Source: an uncultured Gemmatimonadales bacterium
GTDB taxonomy: Bacteria; Gemmatimonadota; Gemmatimonadetes; Longimicrobiales; RSA9
Direction of reading: 5' to 3'
NCBI GenBank assembly: GCA_963816355.1
Contig: CAWFKH010000006.1
Span: 416,001-480,000, forward strand
DNA: 64,000 nt
Shown in pieces: positions 55,626 through 64,000 of the stretch. A program made the translations under genes and the position numbers. Under the pieces are notes generated by a model. It searched no databases and was not told the DNA's origin. It was given only the letters and a program-made list of their open reading frames with translations. Within the stretch, counting starts at the first letter, position 1. Each line of letters starts with the position of its first letter.

Positions 55626-58600
55626 TCAGGAGGGCGTGAGCGCCGCGATCCGCTGTCGTATGCGCTCGAGCACCGGACGCAGCTCCGGATCGCAGTCGTG
55701 CCAGAGGTCGACGAAGGCCTGGAAGTGGCGGATCGCCGCCTCGCGGTCTCCGCGCCGCAGCGCGAGCTCCGCCTGGCGGACGTGGGCCGGACCGCGGTAG
55801 ACGAGATCCGGAATGGAGAGCTGACCGAGGCTTTCGTAGGCGACGTCGGCGTCATCGACGTCACCGGCGCGGGCGAGCGCGTCCGCCGCGGCGTAGCGCG
55901 CCCACGGCATGGAGAAGAACGGGGAGAGCACCGCCTCCTCGGGGGCGACGCCGGTCGCCATCGCGGCGGAGCCGCCGGCCACGGCGTCGTACGCGCTCGC
56001 GCTTCCCGTGGGCGCCATGGCGAAGGCGAGGTCTCTCGCGTAGCGGCCGGCGAGAAGCGGCCGGGCCTCGTTGTCCTGCAGGTCGGTGGCGTCCTGGCGA
56101 ACGCCGGCGGAATCGCCAAGAACGGCCGCCAGACGGCCATCGAGGTAGGGTGTCAGCATGTCGGCCACCGGCCGGTCCACGGCGTCCCAGGGGCCGAGCG
56201 CCGCTTCCGGCGGCGCCTCCCGCGAGGCGGCCAGAATCCGCAGCCGCGCACGCAGGGCGGCGAGCGTATCCGCGTCCGAAGCCAGCCACGGCGTCGTCGC
56301 GAGGAGGACCTCGTATTCCGTCGCGCGGAGCGGATCGAGCCGGCGCGCCTGCGCCAGCCGCGCACGTGCGGCCTTCCAGCGGCCGCGAGCCAGCTCGAGC
56401 TGGGCTGCGACGAGGAGGGAGAACGCGCGGATGGCGGGGGCCCTGGATGGGCTCTGCAACAGCCCCAGCGCGGCGTCGGCCGAGGTGAGATCCCCGATGT
56501 GCACGGCGAGGGTGTAGGCGGAGCTTACGATCGCGAACTCGTCCGCCGAAGCGAGCTCGCTCCGGACCGTAGCGCCGTCCAGGACGCCTCCGCCGCGCGC
56601 CGCCGCGACGAGCAGATCGAGCTGGTGCGCCCGGTGGCCCTCGGGGTTCAGCGCGAGGCCTTCGCGCGCGAGCCGGTCCACTTCCGGCCAGTCACGCCGG
56701 TAGGCCGCGAGCTGCGCCAGGTGGTATATCGCCTCCGCTTCGCGGGGGACGAGCGAGCGAAGCCGTTCGAACGTGGCTTGCGCGTTCTCGAAGTCGGCGC
56801 CCCGCACCGGGTTCAGGTGCATCTGCACCTCCCCGAGCTGGCTCCACGCCTCCGTGTCGTTCGGGTAGCGGAAGAGGAGGTCGCGCGCCAGCCGCTCCGC
56901 GGTCGCGCCGTCGCCCGCCCGGTACGCCGCGCGCGCGGCGAGAAGCCGCCGCTCCCGCTCCGGCAGCCGATCCATATAGCGGGTCGCCTGACGCGCCGCG
57001 TCGTCCGCCTCCCGCCCCTGGAACGCCGCACTCGCCGCCAGGCTCAGGCCGTAGTACGCGAGCGCGAACGTCGAATCCGCGTCGAGCGCGCGGCGGAACG
57101 CCTCGATCGACGCGACCAGCGCGCCGCGGCGATAGAGCTGCTCGCCGACGAGGTACGCCTTCATCGCATCCAGGGACGACGTCGCGGCGCTCGCCACCCG
57201 CGCCAGCCGCGTGTCCGGCCGGCCATCCGGACCGGCTGCGATCGCCATCGCGAGCCGATCCGAGATCGACAGCAGCTCGCCGCGACCGCCCTCCGCCTGC
57301 GCCCGCAGCACCGGGATGCCCGGCATCGCGCGGTCGTAGAGCCACGCCGTCGCCCGCAGCCGGTCCCCGACCGCCACCACGTCCCCCGTCACGAACAGCT
57401 CCGCGCCGAAACGGGCCGCGAGCCGCATCCGCTCCTCGGGGTTCTGCGGCGCCGTCGTGCCCGGCCGGGCGAGGTAGTCGAGAACGGCCGCCGGCCGCAC
57501 GCTGACCAGATCACCCGCGCCGTCGACGCCGGTGCTCAGGAGGTCCACGAAGCCTTCGCTCAGGAACGCCTGATCCGCTCCGCCGTGGACCGTGAACGGG
57601 AGGACGACGACGCGGCGGCCGACCTCACCCGTCGCCGCAGCCCGCCCCCTGAGCAGGATCGCGCCGACCGCCGCTGCGGCCACGAGAAGGGCCGGGATGC
57701 CGATCCATAGGGCGAGCCGGAGCCAGCGGGTGCGCTTCGGCGGCGCGAGCCACGGCGACACCGTCTCGAGCAGCGGCGCGTAGGGGGCCTCGCGCCGCGC
57801 GTCGGCCGGTGCCAGCGTCAGCCGACCGGCGCGCGCCGGCGCCCAGCCTCGCGGCACCCTGACGACCGGGTCGCGCGCCCGTTCCGCGGCTGCGTCGCGC
57901 GCGGCATCCGCCCAGCCGCCGGGCTGCGTCGAGGCGTTCGCGCCGGCCACGGCCGTGCTCGCTCCGCCTCCCGAAGGTGGGCCGCCCGATCGGCGCCGCG
58001 GCTCCTGCGGCTGCCGCCACCGCTTCCGCGTCGCCGCGCCATCGTGGGCTTCCGAGCGCCCGCGCAGCCGCGCCAGCAGCTCGGCCGTCTCCGGCGCCGG
58101 CTCCAGGTCGTACTCGTCCCGCAGGCGCGCCGCGAACTCCTCGAAGACGGCGACCGCCGCCGATCGGTCGCCGTGCCGATCGAGCACGTGCATGAGGCGC
58201 TGGACCGAGGATTCGTCGAGCGGGTCCATCCGTGACGCACGGCGCGCCCACGCCACCGCGCCCGTGCCCTGGCCCGCGGCCTCGCAGCGCTCCGCCATCT
58301 CCCACGCCGCCCCGGCCGCGAGCTGGCCGATCTCCGCGCGCTGCGCCGCCATCCACTGCTCGAAATCCGGCGAAACGTCATCCACGTGGAATCCGTCCAG
58401 GAACGGACCCCGGCTCAGTTCCACCGCTTCCGCCGGCCGGCCTTCCGCGACCGCCTGCCGCAGCGCCACCGCGTCGCAGCGGACGTCGACCACGGCCACT
58501 TCGTCGTCGCCTCGCGTGACGATCGCGTCCGGCCCGAGCTGGTTCCGCAGATAGTAGAGGGCCTGGCGCAGGGCGTGGCGCGCCCGCTCGCCGTCCAGCT

Positions 58601-58769
58601 CCGGCCAGAACAGCGCGAGCAGCGAGTCCCGCCGCCGCGGGCCGATGTTCGCCGTGGCCGTGAGATAGACGAACAACGCCAGCCGCTTCTGTTGGCGCAG
58701 AAGTGAGCGAAGGGGGCGACCTGCGCCGTCCGCGACCTCGACGGCACCCAGCGTACGCAGGGTGTGCAT
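55626..58769 (-). CDS. membrane-anchored SARP-family regulator: wHTH-BTAD, TM helix, TolB-like domain, TPR repeats
   Basis: LRTLG, RD.LLALFWPE....AR..LRQALY.LR, GPFLDGF..FEQW, DPLDE...RLM, G.R..A...F..F...L..E..LEP.PET; TM WIGIPALLVAAAAVGAILL; VVVLPF; TSS.DA..AYL.G, D.TFALAYY TPRs. Confidence 0.88.
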   Translation of the reverse strand: MHTLRTLGAVEVADGAGRPLRSLLRQQKRLALFVYLTATANIGPRRRDSLLALFWPELDGERARHALRQALYYLRNQLGPDAIVTRGDDEVAVVDVRCDAVALRQAVAEGRPAEAVELSRGPFLDGFHVDDVSPDFEQWMAAQRAEIGQLAAGAAWEMAERCEAAGQGTGAVAWARRASRMDPLDESSVQRLMHVLDRHGDRSAAVAVFEEFAARLRDEYDLEPAPETAELLARLRGRSEAHDGAATRKRWRQPQEPRRRSGGPPSGGGASTAVAGANASTQPGGWADAARDAAAERARDPVVRVPRGWAPARAGRLTLAPADARREAPYAPLLETVSPWLAPPKRTRWLRLALWIGIPALLVAAAAVGAILLRGRAAATGEVGRRVVVLPFTVHGGADQAFLSEGFVDLLSTGVDGAGDLVSVRPAAVLDYLARPGTTAPQNPEERMRLAARFGAELFVTGDVVAVGDRLRATAWLYDRAMPGIPVLRAQAEGGRGELLSISDRLAMAIAAGPDGRPDTRLARVASAATSSLDAMKAYLVGEQLYRRGALVASIEAFRRALDADSTFALAYYGLSLAASAAFQGREADDAARQATRYMDRLPERERRLLAARAAYRAGDGATAERLARDLLFRYPNDTEAWSQLGEVQMHLNPVRGADFENAQATFERLRSLVPREAEAIYHLAQLAAYRRDWPEVDRLAREGLALNPEGHRAHQLDLLVAAARGGGVLDGATVRSELASADEFAIVSSAYTLAVHIGDLTSADAALGLLQSPSRAPAIRAFSLLVAAQLELARGRWKAARARLAQARRLDPLRATEYEVLLATTPWLASDADTLAALRARLRILAASREAPPEAALGPWDAVDRPVADMLTPYLDGRLAAVLGDSAGVRQDATDLQDNEARPLLAGRYARDLAFAMAPTGSASAYDAVAGGSAAMATGVAPEEAVLSPFFSMPWARYAAADALARAGDVDDADVAYESLGQLSIPDLVYRGPAHVRQAELALRRGDREAAIRHFQAFVDLWHDCDPELRPVLERIRQRIAALTPS

Positions 58770-59272
58770 GATCCCACCGGAAGGTTACCGCTCCATCGCG
58801 TCACCCCGGGGAAGGCGACGCGGCTGGAGCGGATGTTTCCAATCTGCCGACTGTTGCAGAGATGCGTCAAGGGTGGTGACGACCCTCGCCGCGTCTGGGG
58901 TGACGGTCGGTAGACGGCGAAATGACGCGGCGCCGCTGCCGAACGCCGGCGACGCTCCGGTTTGGCTGCCGCCGGAGCGGCGAATCGTTTCCGGCCCGCG
59001 CAATATTGTCCCGCCGCCGACGGCCCGGCACGCCGGCGACGCTTCCGGCCCCCGCGCGGTTGGAGCGTCGCAACTCCAACGCACGCAGGAGCTTCGCCTC
59101 GGCCGTCCGGGAGGTCGGCCGCATTCCTGGGGTGGCGGCACGCGTTCTGAACACACGCGCACGACAGCATCGGCGCGCGGGCGGTAGTTCCCCGTGCGCC
59201 CCGAGAGCGCTGGCGACCGCCCCTGCACGCGGATCGCCGCGCTCTCTTTCATTGAGGGCCCCCGAGGAACCG

Positions 59273-61201
59273 ATGATGCGACGTCTGATGAACCGCCATG
59301 TCTGGTGGATCGGTCTGCTTCTGGTCGGGGCGTGCCAGGACGCGAATACGCCCACCGCCGCGGTGGACTCCGAGGCCACGCTCGATCTGCCGCCGCAATC
59401 GTCCGCGGGTTCCGCCCCCGGCTCCATCGTGGTGCTGTCTCCCAGGGCCAATGCGCGCGTCGTGGCGCGCGACCACGGCATCACGCCCCGCTATACCTAT
59501 TCGTTCGCTTTGCGGGGATTTGCGGGCAGGATCTCCGAAGCGGCGCGAGCGGGTCTGCTGAAGGACGGGCGGGTGGTCTCGATCGAGAAGGACCGGGTGT
59601 TCGCGGCCCAGGGAACGGAGCCGGCTCCGAGCTGGGGTCTGGACCGCATCGATCAGCGGAGGAAGACGGACGGCCTCTACACCTACGCAGCCACCGGCAG
59701 GGGCGTCTCCGCGTACATCGTCGACACCGGCATCCGCTACACCCATCACGATTTCGGCGGGCGGGCGTCGTTCGGCTTCGATGCGTACGGCGCGGACGGG
59801 TCGGATTGTCACGGTCACGGCACCCACGTCGCGGGCATCGTGGGGGGCTCGAAGTATGGGGTGGCGAAGGATGTCGACCTCGTCTCCGTACGCGTGCTCG
59901 ACTGCGCCGGATCGGGCACGACGAGCGCGGTTCTGGCGGGCCTCGACTGGGTGCTCGCGAATGCGCGCCGACCCGCGGTGGTGAACATGTCGATGAGCGG
60001 CGACCCGGATGCGCTGATCGACGGCGCGATCCGCAGACTCCACGACGGCGGGGTAAGCGTGGTCGTCGCGGCCGGAAACAACGGCGCCGACGCGTGCGCC
60101 TATTCGCCCGGTCGCGCGCCGGAGGCGTTGACGATCGCCGCGACCACATGGAACGACAGCCGCCCGATGTACTCGAACTACGGCGACTGCGTCGACTGGT
60201 TCGCTCCGGGAAACACGATCACTTCCGACGCGATCGCCACCGACACGTCGACCGCGGTGCGGAGCGGCACCTCGATGGCGGCGCCTCACACCACCGGCGC
60301 GGTGGCGTTGTATCTCGAGCGCGCTCCGGCCGCTTCCGCCGAGCAGGTGAGGACGGCGCTGGCTTCGTGGACGACGAAACGGATCGTCGGTCTCGCCAAC
60401 ACGGCCAACGACGATCTGCTCTACACCCTCGGCAATGCGACGATGGTCGGCGGCAACGCGCCGCCGACGGCTGGCTTCGGCGTCGCCTGCACTGCGCTCG
60501 ACTGCGCTTTCCAGGACTCGAGCAGCGACGCGGATGGCAGCGTCGTGGGCTGGACGTGGGATTTCGGCGACGGCTCGACGTCGGTCGAACGGAGCCCCGC
60601 GCACACCTACGCGGCGAGTGGCGACTACGTCGCTTCGCTCGTGGTGGTCGACGATGCCGGCGCCGCCGACTCGGCGACGCAGACCGTCTCCGTCGCGGCC
60701 TCATCGCCGGCCAACGCACCCCCGACCGCAGCGTTCGACTTCGCCTGCACACGGCTCTCCTGTGATTTCGTCGACGCGAGCGCCGACCCGGATGGAAGCG
60801 TGATGCGGCTCGAGTGGAATTTCGGCGACGGACAGCCCGCCGTGGTCGCGGCGAGCGCGCAACAGACGCATACGTTCACCGCGGGAGCGGCGTATTCCGT
60901 GACTCTGACGGTGACCGACGACGACGGCGCCTCCGGGACCCTGGTCCGAAGCGTGCCGGCAGGCGTCGTGCTCTCGCTGAACGGTGGCAAGCAGAAGGGG
61001 CGGCACGTGGTGGATCTCTCGTGGGTCGGCGTCGCGAGCTCGACCGTGGACGTGTATCTCGGCGACGCGAAGCTCGCCACGGTCAGCGCGGCGGGTGGCT
61101 ACACCTACAGTGAAGGCGGGCGGGGACAGGGGACCTACGCCTTCCGTGTCTGCGAGGCGGGTACCGGTTACTGCTCGCGGACGGAGACGATCGCGTTCTG
61201 A
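59273..61201 (+). CDS. S8 subtilisin/aqualysin-like serine peptidase lipoprotein with I9 prodomain and two PKD domains
   Basis: Lipobox LVGAC; SWGLDRIDQ; triad motifs VDTG, HGTHVAG, SGTSMAAPH; AAGN; WDFGDG and WNFGDG PKD motifs. Confidence 0.93.
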   Translation: MMRRLMNRHVWWIGLLLVGACQDANTPTAAVDSEATLDLPPQSSAGSAPGSIVVLSPRANARVVARDHGITPRYTYSFALRGFAGRISEAARAGLLKDGRVVSIEKDRVFAAQGTEPAPSWGLDRIDQRRKTDGLYTYAATGRGVSAYIVDTGIRYTHHDFGGRASFGFDAYGADGSDCHGHGTHVAGIVGGSKYGVAKDVDLVSVRVLDCAGSGTTSAVLAGLDWVLANARRPAVVNMSMSGDPDALIDGAIRRLHDGGVSVVVAAGNNGADACAYSPGRAPEALTIAATTWNDSRPMYSNYGDCVDWFAPGNTITSDAIATDTSTAVRSGTSMAAPHTTGAVALYLERAPAASAEQVRTALASWTTKRIVGLANTANDDLLYTLGNATMVGGNAPPTAGFGVACTALDCAFQDSSSDADGSVVGWTWDFGDGSTSVERSPAHTYAASGDYVASLVVVDDAGAADSATQTVSVAASSPANAPPTAAFDFACTRLSCDFVDASADPDGSVMRLEWNFGDGQPAVVAASAQQTHTFTAGAAYSVTLTVTDDDGASGTLVRSVPAGVVLSLNGGKQKGRHVVDLSWVGVASSTVDVYLGDAKLATVSAAGGYTYSEGGRGQGTYAFRVCEAGTGYCSRTETIAF

Positions 61202-61254
61202 GACGCTCGATGCGGTAGGGTCATGAGACGCTTCGGTGCCGCGACGGCCGGCAC

Positions 61255-61282
61255 GAAGGGGCGGCCGGCCGGCCGCCCCTTC
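61255..61282. terminator. perfect 28-bp palindrome, probable bidirectional terminator
   Basis: gaaggggcggccgg|ccggccgccccttc between the convergent S8 and DsbA genes; no long U tract. Confidence 0.6.
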
Positions 61283-61306
61283 ACTTCTCGCGCACCGACG
61301 GCCGCG

Positions 61307-62428
61307 TCAGGCGCCGCCGCGTCGAGCCAGGTCGTCGTGGATCGCCTTCGCGACCACGTCGTACGCCACGGCGCCGGCCGGTAGCGGGATGCCGTTCACG
61401 AAGATCGACGGCGTCCCGTTGACACCCACCCGCGATGCCTCCTGCACGTCCGCCTGGATCTGCTCCACGTAGCGCCCGGCGTCCAGGCACTCGTCGAACT
61501 TCTTCTGGTTCAGCCCCAGCCTCGCCGCCTTCTCCTTCAGATCCGCGACGGCCAGCTTGTCCTGCTCCTGGAACATCAGGTCGTGCATCTCCCAGAACTT
61601 CCCCTGCTCCTTCGCGCACAGAGACGCTTCGGCCGCCTTCTGCGCGTTCGGGTGCAGGTTCGGCAGCGGCAGTTGCCGGTACACGATACGCACGGTGTCG
61701 CCGAAATTCTGCTCGATCTGCTTGAGCGTCGGGAAGAAGCGGCCGCAGAACGGGCACTGGAAGTCCGAGAACTCCACCAGCGTGACCGGAGCGTCCGCCG
61801 GCCCCATTGCGGCCGCGCCTTCGTTGTTGAACTGCAGGCGGTACGGCTGCAGGTTGATCGTCACCTTCCGCTGGTCGTTCAGGCGCCGCTGCAGCTTCTC
61901 CATCGCGTCCTCCTGCCGCTGCTTGCGCAGGTAGTCGACGATCTGCGGCCGCAACTGCTCCAGACTCCTCCCGCCGAGGCGCGACTGGTTCGCCTGATAC
62001 CACGCGCTCACCTCTACGTCGCTCGGGTCCAGCGTCCCGCCCGCCTCCGCGAGCACCAGCTCGTCCACGCTCTTGCCCTGCTTCTGCGCCTCCGCCATGA
62101 GCACTTTGTCCCGCAGGATCTCGTCGAGCGCCGTCTCGATCAGCTTGTGGCGCGCCCGCTGATAGTTCGTGTCCAGGCCGTCGAGATCCTTGCCGGCGCG
62201 GGCGCGGACGTCCTCCATCGTGATCTTCTGGTCTCCGATCGTGGCCAGCACGGCCGGCACATCGCCCTCGGACGCCGGTGCCGCCTGGGCCGGCGCGGAC
62301 TGTGCCGCCGAGCTCTCCGGGCTCGAGCAGCCGAACAGCGTAGCGCCCACCAGGAGGCATCCGAAGACCGCTCCACCGCGCACGAGCGCACTCGCTGCGC
62401 CGGTTCCTGCACGCGTACCAGACTTCAT
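61307..62428 (-). CDS. DsbA/thioredoxin-fold lipoprotein with SurA-like N-terminal domain
   Basis: Lipobox LFGC; VLATIG...IT..DV; G..DAPVTLVEFSDFQCPFC; HP.A..AA.A..CA..QGKFW..HD; cis-Pro GTPS.FVNG. Confidence 0.9.
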   Translation of the reverse strand: MKSGTRAGTGAASALVRGGAVFGCLLVGATLFGCSSPESSAAQSAPAQAAPASEGDVPAVLATIGDQKITMEDVRARAGKDLDGLDTNYQRARHKLIETALDEILRDKVLMAEAQKQGKSVDELVLAEAGGTLDPSDVEVSAWYQANQSRLGGRSLEQLRPQIVDYLRKQRQEDAMEKLQRRLNDQRKVTINLQPYRLQFNNEGAAAMGPADAPVTLVEFSDFQCPFCGRFFPTLKQIEQNFGDTVRIVYRQLPLPNLHPNAQKAAEASLCAKEQGKFWEMHDLMFQEQDKLAVADLKEKAARLGLNQKKFDECLDAGRYVEQIQADVQEASRVGVNGTPSIFVNGIPLPAGAVAYDVVAKAIHDDLARRGGA

Positions 62429-62598
62429 CTCACATCTCCCTGCGTTGAAGCGGGCGCGGATCCGGCGATCCAGCGAGGCCGGAGCCGCCCGGCATGTGCG
62501 TGTACTTCATTGCGAGCAAACGCGGTGGGGAACCCGTTCAATCTAAGGTCGCACCACCGCGGCGCGGAAGGAATCCCCTTCCGTGCGGCACTCCCGGC

Positions 62599-62631
62599 AA
62601 AACGGAGGGCCCGGCCGCGGCCGGGCCCTCC
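62599..62631 (-). terminator. intrinsic terminator downstream of the adhesin-like gene
   Basis: ggagggcccggc-cgcg-gccgggccctcc stem (62604-62631) followed on the minus strand by GTTTT; 27 nt after the stop at 62659. Confidence 0.7.
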
Positions 62632-62658
62632 TTCCTGCCTGCGATTCCTCCTTCAATC

Positions 62659-64000
62659 TCAGTTGCAGCCGGACAGTGTATTGTTGTTGTAGGAGTCCAG
62701 CAAAGACGCGAGCGTGTTCGCTGCGCTGTAGTCCGACGCGTGCGCCTTGTCCTTGTTGGTGAGGCAGGCGCCGCTGCCATCGAAGTGGTACTGGTCCAGC
62801 AGCTTCTGCGCATCCGTGATCGCCTGCGTCACCTGCGCGCACTGACCGGCGCCGGCCGAATAGTTCAACTGCGCGGCCAGCAACTGTGCGGCCAGGTTGT
62901 AGCAGGCGTCGCTCGCCTGCTTCTTCCCGGTGTTGATGTCGCTCTTGCCCAGGATGCTCACGCCCACCTCGCAGCTGCTGACGGTGAAGTCGTTGGACGA
63001 GAGGGCGTCGAAGCCGGTCGCGATCGTCTGCGGCAGGTTGCCGTCGAGCGTCTTGTCCAGCATGCCGCGCTCGAGCGCCTTCGTGTACTGGTTGCCACCC
63101 GTGCAGCTCGACCAGTTCTTCCAGTACCCGATGGTCCGGGCGTCCCCGCCAGGAGGCGGCGTGTTCGTCCACGCGACCGTCGTCACGTCCCCGTAGCCGA
63201 GGGTGACCGTCACGCAGCGATTGCCCAGGTCCTCCGGCGAATCCGGGTTGGCCAGCGTGGCCGCGTTGCCGTCCACGGTCGCGCTCGCCGCCCAGGATAC
63301 GGCGAGGGTCAGCTCACAGACCGTGTAGTTGCCGGGCGCCAGCGTCATGCCACTGTCGTTCGAGCCGCCATTGGTCAGCGAGAAGTTGCTGATGCCCGTG
63401 CGGCTGAAGTCGAACGACTGCGTGCCGCCGCCCACGACCGTCTTGGTGACGATCAGCTGGGCCTTTCGCTGGTTGGTGAACGTGCACGTGACGTCCTCGC
63501 CCGCGGCGAGTCCGATGTTGACCTGGTTGTCGCCCGCCTGGAACGCCGCGTCGGCGTTTCCGCCGACGAAGGCGATCGTCGAGCTGGTGGCCCCGGTGCA
63601 CGAGATGTTGGTCAGCGCCCAGTTGGCGTTGACCGTCTCGCTGGCGCTACGGCTTCCCGGCAGCAGACCCGTGAACGCCTGGGAGTTGCTGAGCGTGCCA
63701 TCGGCGTCATCATCCAGGCTGAAGCTGGCCGGCGTCATGCCCGTGCCGGTCGCGCTGAACGCGAAGTCCTGCGCATCCGTCTCGGGGTTCTTGTCGTCCT
63801 TCACGATCGTGATCGAGCCCTGCTTCGTGTTCACGAACGTGCAGGTCGGCGTGTTGCCCGCGCCGACGCTCACCTTCACGGTATTGTCACCCGCGTCGAA
63901 TCCCGGGCTCGTGCCCTGAACGAACGACGCGCCCTGGCCGGTGCCGATGAGAATCGTGGCGCCGCTGGCCGTGCAGGTGATGTTGGTCAACGTCCAGCCC
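62659..64000 (-). CDS. large secreted adhesin-like protein with prealbumin/SpaA-like repeats and a helical C-terminal domain (5'-partial)
   Basis: Frame is open to the window edge; repeated W.LTNI.C, CTF.N, I.I.K beta-sandwich units; C-terminal TIGYWKN...LAAQLLAAQLN...LDSYNN. Confidence 0.8.
   Translation of the reverse strand, partial: GWTLTNITCTASGATILIGTGQGASFVQGTSPGFDAGDNTVKVSVGAGNTPTCTFVNTKQGSITIVKDDKNPETDAQDFAFSATGTGMTPASFSLDDDADGTLSNSQAFTGLLPGSRSASETVNANWALTNISCTGATSSTIAFVGGNADAAFQAGDNQVNIGLAAGEDVTCTFTNQRKAQLIVTKTVVGGGTQSFDFSRTGISNFSLTNGGSNDSGMTLAPGNYTVCELTLAVSWAASATVDGNAATLANPDSPEDLGNRCVTVTLGYGDVTTVAWTNTPPPGGDARTIGYWKNWSSCTGGNQYTKALERGMLDKTLDGNLPQTIATGFDALSSNDFTVSSCEVGVSILGKSDINTGKKQASDACYNLAAQLLAAQLNYSAGAGQCAQVTQAITDAQKLLDQYHFDGSGACLTNKDKAHASDYSAANTLASLLDSYNNNTLSGCN

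Noticed and set aside
58770..59272. Possible ncRNA, riboswitch or SARP heptamer boxes in the long intergenic region
   Set aside because: Only a short hairpin (gttggag/ctccaac) and loose GGTGACG repeats without 11-bp periodicity; nothing recognisable.

Overview
GC-rich bacterial chromosomal window with about 51 supportable protein-coding genes. I found no rRNA, tRNA, CRISPR array, integrase or transposase. The gene content (M56-TonB fusion, membrane-anchored SARP/BTAD-TPR regulator, three very large BNR/Asp-box beta-propeller proteins, M1/M28/S8 peptidases, waaA, outer-membrane beta-barrels) indicates a diderm and resembles Gemmatimonadota; this is inference, not a database result. Most genes are housekeeping or envelope genes: waaA, moeB, ABC exporter, ltaE, ilvE, large NAD-glutamate dehydrogenase, DsbA. 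Best candidate for an undescribed system: a compact hisH-like/hisF-like/hisN-like operon (12855-15179, minus) with no other his genes in the window. HisH lacks its catalytic Cys (GICLG->GIGVG). HisF has both phosphate-binding loops changed Gly->Asp, loop 1 deleted and a long insertion, while the subunit-interface/ammonia-gate residues are kept. This suggests a repurposed pseudo-IGP-synthase complex. Second: a ~300-bp non-coding fold-back element (34028-34329) made of ~20-bp terminal inverted repeats plus two oppositely oriented 13-bp tandem arrays. Other items: a 30-bp inverted-repeat element between tandem OMP genes, an encapsulin-type ferritin without targeting peptide or shell gene, an orphan and probably leaderless adenine methyltransferase, a MoCo-sulfurase-like PLP enzyme, and a DsbA flanked by Cys-rich secreted proteins. 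All family assignments come from motif recognition by eye. Start codons were chosen from RBS and motif context and may shift.
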